Source of the DNA: a virus
Taxonomy: Duplodnaviria > Caudoviricetes
Virus record (IMG/VR): IMGVR_UViG_3300033434_000387
Span: 1 to 38,068 of that record
Length of the DNA: 38,068 nt
Strand: one strand, 5' to 3'
Below, in pieces: positions 18,216 to 30,900 of this stretch. The first letter of the stretch is position 1, and each line of letters starts with the position of its first letter. The position numbers and the translations under genes are program-made. The notes below the pieces were generated by a model. The model made no database searches and was not told the DNA's origin. It worked only from the letters and a program-made list of their open reading frames with translations.

Positions 18216-18692
18216 ATGAATTTACAAACTGTCACTATTGAGCCAATAATGTTAATCGGTATTGAAGAAAAGACAAAAAATGAAAATGAAATAAACGGTA
18301 AAGGAAAAATTCCGAAGCTAATCCAAACCTTTTACTCCGAAATGTTAAGTAAAATTTCGAACCGTCATGAAAACCATATTTTATCGGTCTACACAGATTA
18401 TGAATCAGATGAAAATGGATATTATACTTATTTCATAGGTGCAAAAGTTAAAAACTTAAGTTACATTCCCGAAGGAATGGTAGGGAGAACAATTTCTTCA
18501 TCTCGTTACGCAATTATCCCTTCTGCTATTGGTAAAATTCCAGATATCGTCATAAACGAATGGAAACAAATCTGGTTAGACGATGCCTTAAAGGAAAAGA
18601 GAGCTTATTCAACGGATTTTGAACTATACGACAAACGATGTTCAAATGTTGATTATGCCCAAGTTGATATATATATCGCTATTAAAGATTAG
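18216..18692 (+). CDS. GyrI-like small-molecule-binding protein
   Basis: IGI...T.NE.E....GKIP.L, VYTDYESD..G.Y.Y.IG.V, IPEGM, W..IW, RAY.TDFELYD.R, VDIYIA. Confidence 0.88.
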   Translation: MNLQTVTIEPIMLIGIEEKTKNENEINGKGKIPKLIQTFYSEMLSKISNRHENHILSVYTDYESDENGYYTYFIGAKVKNLSYIPEGMVGRTISSSRYAIIPSAIGKIPDIVINEWKQIWLDDALKEKRAYSTDFELYDKRCSNVDYAQVDIYIAIKD

Positions 18693-18708
18693 ATGTAGGA
18701 AAATTCAT

Positions 18709-18750
18709 AAAGCCGTTACCCCTTAGCGTACGGGGAAACGGCTTTTCTCT
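18709..18750 (+). terminator. Intrinsic terminator after GyrI-like gene
   Basis: AAAGCCGTTACCCC/GGGGAAACGGCTTT stem followed by TCTCT. Confidence 0.75.
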
Positions 18751-18973
18751 CAAGAAAATTTGCTTAGCGTATGAAATCCGCATTTTGTTGGTGATATCCA
18801 AAGTAACTACTAACGTCCGATAAAAGTCCATTCCGTTAACTATAAACCCTAGGATTGCTACGCTTTTGCGGTATCCTAGGGTTTGTTATATGCAAATAGC
18901 TTACGTTTTGCTGGTGAGACTCCCAAAAGCAAAGCTAGTAAAGGAATATGTAAGAGAAAGAGGAGGGGTTTTG

Positions 18974-19192
18974 ATGTATTATGCGTTTAACACACGCGGT
19001 AAATGTGTTGGGTCCTTTACTCATAAGCCGTCCGATACGGCAATAGCTGACAGGAGTAATGTATCAGTTGAAAAATATGATAAAGAAGTAAAAACTAAAA
19101 ATTTAATTATGGAACATGGTGAATTGATAGATAACACGCCAAAGCCAACAACGAATACTACTACAGCAGTAACGGACAGTAAAACGACATGA
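18974..19192 (+). CDS. Small hypothetical phage protein, 72 aa
   Basis: ATG 18974 after AGGAGGGG; ATGA overlap with next gene. Confidence 0.65.
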   Translation: MYYAFNTRGKCVGSFTHKPSDTAIADRSNVSVEKYDKEVKTKNLIMEHGELIDNTPKPTTNTTTAVTDSKTT

Positions 19193-19491
19193 CACTAAAT
19201 GAGTGGCTTGAGTTTTATGAAAATAAATTAGGATATAAATTTAACCCTTTTCCTGATGCAAACTTTGTGTTTGATGCAGAAAAAGGGTTTTGTGTTTATA
19301 AGCAGGACGGTGATACGCTCCTGGCTGGAGATGTAACCGGCGATGGCCGTTATTGGGATAACTTCTTGGAAACTATGGCCCGAGAACTGGGGTGTAAAAG
19401 AATTAAATTCGGCACATACCGGAAGCCGGGGGCGTTTGTCCGCAAATTCGGGTATCACATCGTTGGCTTTATTATGGAAAAGGAGGTTTGA
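19189..19491 (+). CDS. GNAT-like fold protein preceding ejection genes (T7 gp13/P22 gp14-like position)
   Basis: GDGRYW...LE.MARELGCK.I...T.R.P.AF.RKFGY; conserved podovirus synteny. Confidence 0.6.
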   Translation: MTLNEWLEFYENKLGYKFNPFPDANFVFDAEKGFCVYKQDGDTLLAGDVTGDGRYWDNFLETMARELGCKRIKFGTYRKPGAFVRKFGYHIVGFIMEKEV

Positions 19492-19493
19492 TT

Positions 19494-20084
19494 ATGAGCG
19501 GGGTAAATAGTTTTCTTTTTGGTTCAAATGGGAGCACAACTCAATACGATAATCTAAGGCCGCTGTCTACATGGGGCACCAATGCCGGTAATACGTATTT
19601 TACTGGTGCGACTAATGAATATAACACTGGTCAAAAGTTGATCAATCAAGGTTCACAGTACCTTACTGACTTATATAATAATGGCACTAATTCACAGGTT
19701 AAAAGTGCTGATGCCGCATCGGCTCAATTAATTAATACCAATACCAATAAAAACTTTGGCTCAGCGTTAGCTAAAGCGGCAAGTAACGGCGTGATTGATT
19801 CTACACAATTTGGCGATACAGCTTCTAATATTCAAAGTACTGGTAATCAACAATTGCTTTCAGCTCATCAGCAAAATTATAATTCCGCGGCTAATCTAGG
19901 AAGTAATCTTGTTTCTACGGGTGAGAGTATGACTACGCCGTTACAGCAAGGGTATACAACCGAACGTAATTTCCAAGCATCAACGCCTTATCAGACAGTG
20001 CAGACGGGGGCAAGTAGTGGACTATTAGGTAGCTTACTTGGATCGCAAGCTGGGACACAAGCCCTCTTAAGTTTGATGGGTTGA
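19494..20084 (+). CDS. Ejection/pilot protein 1 (P22 gp7-like position)
   Basis: G/N/Q/S/T-rich with C-terminal GLLGSLLG segment; first of three size-increasing genes. Confidence 0.65.
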   Translation: MSGVNSFLFGSNGSTTQYDNLRPLSTWGTNAGNTYFTGATNEYNTGQKLINQGSQYLTDLYNNGTNSQVKSADAASAQLINTNTNKNFGSALAKAASNGVIDSTQFGDTASNIQSTGNQQLLSAHQQNYNSAANLGSNLVSTGESMTTPLQQGYTTERNFQASTPYQTVQTGASSGLLGSLLGSQAGTQALLSLMG

Positions 20085-20100
20085 TAGGATGTGATGATTA

Positions 20101-21966
20101 ATGGGACAAGTTATATATATCCCATCCCAAGATAGATGGGGTAATCTTGGTGCAACGGTAGGTCAGCAACTTGGTAATATTCTTGCCGCTAAAGCCAAAA
20201 ATGAAGCTTTAGAAAAAGGGTTGGATACAGCAAGCAAATTATATGATGCGGCTACTCATCCTACAGCAACCAATGACCAGATAACGTCAGCCGCCAGCCA
20301 ATATACTGGCATTCCTGGGTTAGTTGGCATGAATGCCGTTCAAGGTTTAGCTAACATGCAAAATACCTGGAACGCTGCCAGTAATCAAATGGAGTCTATT
20401 AATAATCAACTGGCGAATACAAGTGATCCAAATGTGCAAAAAACGTTAACCGACCAGAAAACAGCATTGCAGAACCAAATGGACACAGCAAATCAAAAGG
20501 CTATTTGGATGAGGACAGCGGTAGGAAACAAAGGGGCTGATTTAACCGGCTTGGGCGCAGATGATGATGTAAACCAATACATTCAAAACAGTAATGCTTT
20601 AAAAAATAGTTTACTGCCTCAATCAGCGACGACTACTTCGGCATTGCAAAGTATCAATAATGCTACGGGCACTTACGATAACGCTCAAAATGAGTTAAAT
20701 AGTATTAATGCACAATTAGCCAATCCCGATGAAAACACTGATGTTACAGGCTTGCAGACAAGAGCCGCGCAATTACGAAAAGATATGGATACCGCCCATG
20801 CGGATGCGGAATGGACACGTAATTCGATGTTTAATCCTAGTTTGCTTGGAACAAAGGGGCAATCGGTAGTTGGCGCTGACGGTAATTATAATAGTCAAGG
20901 GTTATTACCAGGAAATATGGATTTAACCAACTCATTTAGTAAGGCATTAACCAACGCTGATAACAATAAATATCAGATAACCTTAGATGATGTTGCAAAG
21001 GACCAAAACATATCTAATTATGCAAAAGCGGCGGCTTATGCTGCGGCTAGAGAAAAGTTTAGCCCGACTCAATATGAAAACCAAGCAATGCAAGCGCTAT
21101 TAAAGGCTGGTTTAAGTTCTGATGCAATTGCTAAGTTACAACCAATGATTGAAAAACAAGCTTCAGATATAGGTAGTAATTATTTAGCTAGTATGTTAGC
21201 AGCAAACAACGGTGATACAAGAAATGCGGCAATATATGCTTTAGGTAGTGGCTTGGGTAGTGCTGGTATTAATATGGCCCAAGCGTTTGCACCTAAGACA
21301 CAGATTGATAAAGTCGATACTGGCGATAAAATTGGATTATATTCAACAGCAACAAGTCCGTTTGGTGGTACGCCTACGTTTTCGCCTGGACCAACATATT
21401 TAAAAGGTAATAGCCCGGGTGATATATTACATGCTCAATTAACTAGGGAGCAATTAAAGCAAAATAGCGATCAATTCAGTGCAAAAATGCAGCAAAGCCA
21501 AGATCAGTTTAATAAGAATTTCCAACTAGCCCAAGTAAAATTAGGGCTTGAAAAAGATAATCAAGTTAGACAACAAGGCTTACAGCAACTTCAAATTATA
21601 GCGGGCATGGCAAATAATTATAAGGCTACAATAAGTGGCTATCAAGACCAAATTAGTGCAATTATTAAATCTGGTAATGGTATGCTGACTCAAGCAGACA
21701 AAGATAGTGTTGCGGCGCTAAATCAGAAGATAAATAATACAACTATGCAATATGAGTCATTAAATAAAACATTAGCTAACTCATTTGGTATTCAACTCCA
21801 ACAGTCAGATAACAATAGTCAATCGACCTACCAGCCATCTGCTGAAGAACAAGGAATAGCAGATTGGATTGATAAATGTAAAGCGAATGGTGCTACTGCT
21901 GACCAAATAAAACAAAAATTAAAAGATAAAGGTTATGGAAATAGATTCGATAGTTGGGTTTATTAG
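20101..21966 (+). CDS. Ejection protein 2 (P22 gp20-like position)
   Basis: Q/N/A-rich helical protein, W..LG..VG..LG N-terminus, internal duplication. Confidence 0.65.
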   Translation: MGQVIYIPSQDRWGNLGATVGQQLGNILAAKAKNEALEKGLDTASKLYDAATHPTATNDQITSAASQYTGIPGLVGMNAVQGLANMQNTWNAASNQMESINNQLANTSDPNVQKTLTDQKTALQNQMDTANQKAIWMRTAVGNKGADLTGLGADDDVNQYIQNSNALKNSLLPQSATTTSALQSINNATGTYDNAQNELNSINAQLANPDENTDVTGLQTRAAQLRKDMDTAHADAEWTRNSMFNPSLLGTKGQSVVGADGNYNSQGLLPGNMDLTNSFSKALTNADNNKYQITLDDVAKDQNISNYAKAAAYAAAREKFSPTQYENQAMQALLKAGLSSDAIAKLQPMIEKQASDIGSNYLASMLAANNGDTRNAAIYALGSGLGSAGINMAQAFAPKTQIDKVDTGDKIGLYSTATSPFGGTPTFSPGPTYLKGNSPGDILHAQLTREQLKQNSDQFSAKMQQSQDQFNKNFQLAQVKLGLEKDNQVRQQGLQQLQIIAGMANNYKATISGYQDQISAIIKSGNGMLTQADKDSVAALNQKINNTTMQYESLNKTLANSFGIQLQQSDNNSQSTYQPSAEEQGIADWIDKCKANGATADQIKQKLKDKGYGNRFDSWVY

Positions 21967-21977
21967 GAGGTGGAATT

Positions 21978-24900
21978 GTGGCTGATGTTGACGACATACT
22001 AGATTCGTTACCGGATAATAAAAAGTCACAGGCTTCTGCGCAAGATGTACTTGATTCTTTACCGTCATATTCTGCTCCATATTCCGGCTACTTAGATGCT
22101 GCGTGGCGTAATGCTAAAGCGGGTTTCGGTAGTGTCTATGGAGGTATCGGGAGATACGCCGAAGTCCATGCCCCAGAAGTAGCGAATTTAGTACAAGACC
22201 TTAATGCAGCAGGATTGGCCTATAATAATCCTATTGCCAACAGCGATAAGATTACGCAAATTGTATCCACTTCTCCTACAGACAGTGATATAAATGCAGT
22301 AAAAAACGTTGCTAAATCTGTAGGGGATTGGGGAACGGATGTAGCTGATTCCAATATACCTAAGGATGCAAAACAATATGGGGATTGGGATTGGCTACCG
22401 TTTATGTCTGACTACTGGACCAATCCAGCTGGGGCCGCAGCAGCTACGGGGCAGGGTGTTGGTAGTAGTGCAGCTTTAATTCCTATAGGCCTTGCTATTG
22501 CGCCCCTTTTGCCAGAAGAACTACCAGCCGCAGGCGCTGGGCTTTTAGGTAAAGGTTTGACTAATATTGGTCTTAATAAATTAGGTCAAAAAGTAGCCTC
22601 GGAAGCTGGGCAGAATATGCTCAAGTGGGGCACTGCTGGCGCGATAAGTAAAATTCCCGAAGCCGTATCTGAAGGCGGCAATATAGTTGATGATTTGCGT
22701 AAACAGGGGTATAGCGATGAGCAAATTAAAGGTATTGCCGATAAGGTAGTAGGAAAGAACATACCTTTGCTAATGGCAGAAGGTGCATTAGAACTAACCG
22801 GTCTTACTGGCAAGCTTGGTAAGGCGGTATTGAGTCCTACCGATTCAACTTTAAAAAGCATAGGTAAAAATATTGTTTTAAATACGGCCACTGGTATGCC
22901 AACCGAATGGTATACAGAAGGGGCGCAGCAGGCAATACAAAATGAAGCGACTGGCCAAAGAGCGCCTAGTGGTTTAGGTTTTGCTAATCCGCTTACATGG
23001 GGACCGGACGAATTTGGTGCAGCTGGTGCCGGGGCGGTTAGCGCTCTCGGATTAGGCGGTATTGGTGGTGCATATGCTGGTGTAGTCAATAAAGTTGTTA
23101 AGGCCGCTGAAGCTAATAATAGTAAAAAGGTATTAGATGCACTTCCCGAAGCTATCACCACTGAACAACCGGAGGAATCGGCTCAAAACGGATCGGATTT
23201 GACTCCAAGCGTAACGGAAGCGGCTGCACCAGCCAATAATTTTGAAACCTTGGTAAATGCCATATCCGGCCAAGAATCGGGTGGCAATTATGATGCAGTA
23301 AATAGTCGAACCGGAGCGGCCGGCAAATTTCAAATCATGCCCGGTAACTGGGCAAGCTGGGCGCAAGATGCTGGATTATCCCCGGATGCACCAATGACCG
23401 CGGAAAATCAGGAGCTTGTTGCTAAAAATAAATTACGCCAGTATTACGATAAATATGGGGCTAGAGGTGCGGCTATTGCCTGGTATGGCGGGGAAGGCGC
23501 TCTCGACTATTCTGATGAAGCAAAGAACCGAAAACAAGGCAATGGCGACGAACCGAGTATAAATGAATATGCAGATTCGATTATGTCCCGAATGGGAAAC
23601 CAAGGCGGATCGGCTACCGGGGCTTTAGATGATATTGGCGATATTAAGATTAATACCGATGATTTAACTTCAATTCAGTTGAGCGATATTAAAACATGGG
23701 CCGAGGAAAAAGCTGAAACAGCGACAGATGAAAAAGAAATTAACTTTTTGAATGAAGCCGTTGATAATGGACGAATTAAAGATATAGTTGAAAAGTACCC
23801 GGTGCAAATTGCTGATTTGCTACGTGGCGATAAAGCCACAGAATCAGCCGTAGACGGCGAAAAGACATCAACCAATGCAATTACACCTACAAGTAAAGAA
23901 AACCCCGCTACGGCTAACCCCGAGCAGGGTGATCAATCAAATTCTAGTGACCTGATTGTTCAGGCACGTAATGTTGCCGGAACAGGTGATTATACCCAAG
24001 CAGCCTCATTAGCAACTCAGGCCGGGGATAATGTTTTAGCGGAAGCTTATCTGTTAATGGCCGAACGGTATAACAATACTACTGGAAATGAAGCTACTAA
24101 AACGCAAGTGAACCCAATACCGTCTATTGATAACAAACCAATTGGTAGGCCAGCCATTACCGGAAACGCTGATGTTGTAAGGTCGGATGACGGAGAAGAA
24201 TTTCCAACACGGCTTGAAGATAATCAGGCACAAGTAAATAAGTCTAACGTTCAGATTATTGACAATACCGAGAAAAACGGCATTGAGCTTAAATTTGACG
24301 GAAAGCCAAATGATGAAATTCGTGATAAGTTAAAAGCTAATGGCTTTAGGTGGAATCGCGGAAAAAAAGTGTGGTACGCTAGAAAATCCGATAAGGCCGT
24401 AAGCGTAGTCAATGAAATAGCTAGTCTTGGTTTAACTAACGAACAACCACAAGAACAACGAGATGCCGGAGAACCTTCTACCGTAGACTTATTAAAAATG
24501 ATTCAAAACGGAAGCTTTACACCGCGCGAATTTGCCAATCAGTACGGAGAAAATGCATTTAATAGACTAAGACAAAGTAAATATATCGCGGCACCAGGCG
24601 GTAAATTGATATTGTCGGATGCTGGTAGGCAATTTGTGGATGTGGTAGGAAAGGCAACTAACAAGTCTAGCAATGAAATTGAAGCTGAAAATTCTCCGAA
24701 AAATGATTATAATGAAGGCGATAGAGTAACTTGGCAAGATCATAATGGCAATCAATTAACTGGCGCTGTTAGAAGTATAGACAACAATAACGGCCAACCC
24801 TATATGATGGTTAATACCGACCAGATAGCAACCTATGGAGGTGGCGTGCCGATTGGCCGAATTGAAATGGTTCGGTTGTCGGATAAGTCGCTGAGCAAAA

Positions 24901-27900
24901 TTGAGAAGCCGGCAGATGAAGAACAGACAAAACCCGATACTAATGTTGACAAGCAAGACGGGAAAATTAACGTTACTCAATTGAAATTAGAAGAGAAGCC
25001 ACAACAGACTGAACTTCGGCGGTTGCCTGACCAACATCAGCAATCGTCACAGGAGAAGGTTGCTTCTAATCCTGATGCTAATTTAACTGAATACCAACAG
25101 GCGGTTGTTAAAGTTGCTGATTGGGTAAAAGTTAGATTAAGTGTCGGTGAAAAATTCATTTCACAAGAATTGTTTGCAATTGCTGATAAAGCCTTTAATG
25201 GCACTCAAAGCAATGGAAAATATACCCCTAAAGATGCTTACGATGCGATGGAATTAGGCATTAATAAGTATTTGCTTGAACAAGGTTATGTGGATCCATC
25301 CAAAGCACATAATGCGGAAGAAGCTATAAAGGCTGTTGAAAAAATAAAGAAGGATATTTTAGACAAGATACCAACTCAGACAAAACGGACTGCGGAAATG
25401 GATGAATTTCAGCAATTCTCAACGCCTCCGACTTTAGCGTATGTAGCTGCTTGGGTATCTAACGTAAGCTCTAATGATATTGTACTTGAACCTTCGGCTG
25501 GTATTGGCGGAATTGCTACATTTGCCAAATTAGCAGGTGCTAAGGTCAATGTAAATGAGTACAGTGATCGGCGCGCCAGTATCATTAAGCAACTGGGATT
25601 CGATAAGGTATTTACCGAAAACGCCGAGCAATTAAATAATATTTTACCTGAAGACGTTAAGCCTACGCTTGTACTTATGAATCCACCGTTTAGTTCTACC
25701 GCTGGTAGGATGCAAGGTAAACGTCAAACTAAAAACGCAACACTGCACATTGAACAGGCTTTGCAAAGATTAGAACCAGGCGGCAGGTTAGTAGCGATTG
25801 TCGGTAAAGGTATGGCCGACAATGCACCGTCATTTAAAAATTGGTGGAAAAAGATAAAATCTGAGTATAATGTACGGGCCAATGTGGGCATAGACGGTCA
25901 AAACTATACTAAATATGGCACTAGTTTTGACAATAACCTTTTTGTAATTGATAAGACTGGTCCAACTGAAAATACTATAACTGGTAATTTCACTGGGTTA
26001 GATGAAGTTTTAACTGCATTGGAGGGTGTGCGTGATGAATTTAAAGGAACGAGAGAATCAAATGCAATCGCTCAATCAGTCACCACTCAACCGAATAGCA
26101 AAGTCACTACTAGCGAAAGCCAAAGTAAAGCTAGATCAGACGGACGAACAGGAGGCATTGAACGTGTACCGGCTAATGGATTGGGCGTTGGAAACGGGCG
26201 AGGTACGTCTGAGGAAACCGGAGGATACGAACAATCTGCTAGAAATGGTCGAAAAGATAATGCTTCGAGCGAATCCTCAGAAATCAATGGACTTTCTAAC
26301 GAAAGTGGACGAGGACGACGGGGAGAGTACGATGACCAGAAATTGCATGAGAATCAACAATCCGGTGGAAGCAGCGGAATATTTGATACAAATGTTAAAA
26401 CTGAAACTGGATTGTCTTCCGGATTAAAAGTCGAACAAATTGATAATCATAATGATAGCAATAAAGAATTAACGGATTCCACATTCAACGATTATCAGCC
26501 ACAAAAACTTAAAATACTAGGTGCAAAGCCTCATCCATCACCCCTAGTGCAAAGCGCGGCTATGGCAGCAGTCGAACCACCAGCACCTACATATTCACCT
26601 AAATTGCCAAAGGAGATAATTAGTAAAGGTAAACTATCCATTGCACAACTAGAGCCTGTAGTTTATGCAGGCCAATCATTTGAGCAAACCCTTCCGAATG
26701 ATACAAGGAAGGGTTATTTTATTGGAGATGGCACAGGGGTTGGCAAGGGCAGGGAAATATCCGGTATTATTATGGATAGCCTTAATAGCGGAAAAAAGAA
26801 AGCAGTTTGGGTATCAAAAAATGATCCGCTATTTGACGATGCGGTGAGAGATTGGACGGATATAGGTGGCAATAGCGATCAAATATTTCCTATTAGGAAA
26901 ATAAAGGCTGGTATGGATATTCCTACACGTGATGGTATTTTGTTTATTACATACCCTACATTAGCTAACAACCTTGAAGCAAATGGGAATGGTGAAGGGG
27001 TTAAAGAAAAGGTTGGAAAGTCTTCACGTCTCAGACAAATCGTTAATTGGTTAGGCAAAGACTTTGATGGTGTAATTGCTTTTGACGAAGCGCATATGAT
27101 GGCTAATTGCTTACCAATGAAGGGGAAACGTGGCAATAAAAAGCCATCCGCCCAAGGGCTTGCTGGAGTTGAATTTCAAAAACGGTTGCCTAATGCACGT
27201 ATTATTTATGTTTCAGCAACTGGAGCAACAGAAGTCTCAAATTTGGGATATGCTACTCGCCTAGGCTTGTGGGGTGAAGGCACGGCCTTTAGTGATGTAA
27301 ATGATTTTGTTTCACAAATCAATTCTTCCGGGTTAGCTGCGATGGAACTTATCGCACGGGACATGAAAGCTTTAGGCGTATATTTGGCCCGTAATCTTAG
27401 CTATGATGGTGTTACCTATGGGACCCTTGTCCATGATCTTACCACTGAACAGCGCGAAATATATGATACTATGGCCCAAGGATGGCAAATTGTATTACAG
27501 AATATTCATGAGGCATTAAAAACTACCGGGGCAATTAGTGAAGATGGTAAAACCAAAAATCCTAATGCTAAGAAAAATGCGCTTGGCCAATTTTGGGGCT
27601 CGCAACAACGATTTTTTAATCAGATACTAACATCTATGCAAATGCCTGCTGTTATTGATGATGTTAGAAAACAAATCAAAGCAGGCAATTCAATCGTTAT
27701 GCAGTTAGTTAATACAAATGAAGCAATTCAAAATAGATCGCTTTCAAATATGGAAGAAGATACAGCGCTAGAGGATTTAGATATGACTCCCCGCGATATT
27801 CTTATGCAGTTTTTAGATAAATCCTTTCCGGTGGCACAGTACGAAGAATTTATAGATGATGAAGGCAATAAAAGATCAAGACCTGTAAAAGATAGTCAGG

Positions 27901-30900
27901 GTAACCCTGTTTTAAATCAAGCTGCAGTTAGTATGAAAGAAGATTTAATGAATCGGTTAGGCTCTATGAAAGTACCGGAAGGACCACTAGAATTAATCAT
28001 TAATACTTTCGGAACTAAAACGGTAGCCGAAGTAACCGGGCGGCAACGCCGGGTTGTTCGCGAAAAAGATGATTCAGGACATAGTGTATCTAAAATTGAA
28101 AAACGGTCTAAGTCTCATAATAAAGCCGATGTAAAAGCTTTTCTTGATGATAAAAAAGCTATTCTTATTTTCTCAGAAGCTGGCGGTACAGGCCAAAGTT
28201 TTCATGCTGGTGCTAATATGAAAAACCAGCGGCGTAGAATACATTACCTCATTCAACCCGGATGGCGTGCTGATAGTGCGGTTCAAGGGTTTGGCCGTAC
28301 TCACCGATCTGGTGAAGTTTCACAGCCTCATTATGTTCTTGTTACTACTAACCTTAAAGGGCAGAAACGGTTTATTTCAACTATAGCGAGAAGATTAGAT
28401 CAATTGGGCGCATTGACTAAAGGCCAGCGTGATGCCGCCAATCAAGGATTATTTAGTGCAAAAGATAATCTTGAATCAGAATATGCGAAAGATGCTTTGC
28501 AACGATTTTATGAAAATTTAATGCACAACGTATATAAGGATTTAAATATTCACCAACTATTAATAAAAATGGGCTTAGAATCCTTAGAAAATAATGATGA
28601 TAACATTAATAAACGTAATGTTAATGTTGAGACGATGAGGGATGTTCCTAAATTTCTAAACCGAATATTAACTTTAGATTCTAATGAACAAAATCAGGTG
28701 TTTGATTATTTTATCGATATATTGGATCAAATAATTGACACTCATGTTGCTAATGGTACGCTTGATACTGGTATGGAAACATTGCGTGCGGACGGAGTAC
28801 AAGTTAAAGACGAAAAAACTGTTTATTCATCAGATAGTAATAATGCTGAAACAAAATATGTAGAGCTTGAAGCAAAATACAAAAATGAGTTTTTTTCTTA
28901 TGAAAAGGCAATACGCCTAAGAAATTTCATTGGTTTCTACAAAAATGAAAAGAGCGGTAAGATATGGGCTGTCCGCCAAGGCGCGAGTAGAACAAATGAA
29001 CGAGGCGCAGTAACCAATACCTATGTTCTGCAAAGTCCTTCTTTAAATAGGTATCGGTCAATAGATGAACAAGAATTTAAGCGTGATGGATGGAAGCAAT
29101 TAAAAGAAGATCAAGGTAAAGAATTGTGGGAACAGGCATTATTAGAAGAACCAAAATATCGGAATGAAACTTTACACATGATAACGGGTGCAATTCTTCC
29201 GATATGGGATAGATTGCCACAAGGACAAGCTAGAGTTATCCGGGTGCAAGCAGATGATGGCCGTGTATTCTTAGGGCGAATTATAAAGGAAAGAGATATT
29301 GCTGCTACTCTTAAACGACTTGGAACATCTAAAAAATATAATTTTTCAACTGATGATATTAAAAATAAAATTCTAAATGAAAACAACGAAGTTGAATTAG
29401 CTAATGGCTGGAAATTAGATAGAAGGCGGGTATCTGGAGAAAACCGAATAGAAATAATTGGCGATAATCTTTGGAAATACGATTCTCAATTCCAAGAACA
29501 TGGCATTATCCGCGAACGTATTCAGTATAATACCCGTTATTTCTTGCCGACGGGTGAAGAATTTAAACCATCTTATGAATGGTTGACAAAGGATCGACAG
29601 GTTACCGATGTCGTTGCTCCTGAAAGAAGCTCATCTAATAAATTCAATTCAGGCCTTGATCCTACCTTTGGTAAACTCGATAATATTGATCTTGCCGGAG
29701 AAATAAAAAAAGCGGCTGGTAACATACAAGATGCTATGCCGGGGCTAATCGAATTGGGCAAGCGCCTGGTTGCAGAAGGCTATAACAAGTCCGGGGAATG
29801 GGCCAAGAAAATGCGTGAGTACCTTGGTGATGTTTGGGGCAAGGTTAAAAATAAGATAGTTGATGTTTGGAAACAGGTTAAGGATACGGTAGCCAATGAA
29901 CGGGGTAGTTTTAGGCTTGGCACAGAGGCTACAGCGGCTGATGAAGAAGCTGATAACAGTATAAGTACGAAACAGGTAGATACTGTTGACAGTTCCGACA
30001 TTGCCGAAGTCAATGAAAAAGCTACGTTAAAACTAGCCCAAAAGATGGGCATAAAGCCAGCTGACAATGTTGCGATCCGAAATAAGTCAACTTCAAATAA
30101 AATTGGCTTATTTTCTAATGCGCTTCAATCTGTAAATGAGCTTGTTCGACAACACCAGAAATTAAAACCATTTTTTCGGTTAGCTACTATCGCTATGGAA
30201 AAGCAAGAAAGTTTGAGAAATGAGTTTAGGCACCGGATGGATAAATGGGAGTATGTGCTTGGCCGCCGCGAACTGCTGAAATATAAGCGGCTTAAAAATG
30301 AACCGGACTACAAAGAAAATAAGCTCAATTTATATAAGATATTACTTCAAGGCGATATTGACGGCAAAGACTATACTAATAATGAATTACGTGAAGCCGG
30401 TTATTCGGATAAGGTAATTAAGGCATATCGTATGGTGCGTGTGGCGATGGATAAAGCCTATACTCTGGCAAACGATATTCGCCAAGGCCTTGAAATCAAG
30501 TCGGAAAACCTAAACTCGTACCAATTAGCAAAGTTGAAAGAGAATAGATTCATCACGATATTGAAGGAGACACCATCTAATGGTGATCTCACCTTAGTGT
30601 CGTACAAAACCCCTAAAATTCGTGAAGATACAGCGGTTATGAGTAAACAAAACTTTGCGGAAATGAGGGATAATCCAAATGTCCAGATACTAAGCGCCAA
30701 CCCGTATGGAGTTACGGAACATGCAATGCCAGAAAGTAGCGGCTTAACCCGCGGTGATGGTTTTTACGAGGTTCACTATATGAGCCAAACCCCGCCTATT
30801 AACAAGCTTGGCGGGTACATTCCGCATTTCTTCCACGATTGGTTTATCATGAAGAAGATAACAGATGGAGAAACTGGCAAAACCACCTACAAGATGCTGG

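Noticed and set aside
18866-18973. Longer start for the 18974 gene
   Set aside because: Runs through hairpins; the strong SD sits at 18961
22586-23161. 191-aa minus ORF and other antisense ORFs in the giant gene and tail spike
   Set aside because: Mirror-frame shadows of Gly/Ala-rich coding sequence
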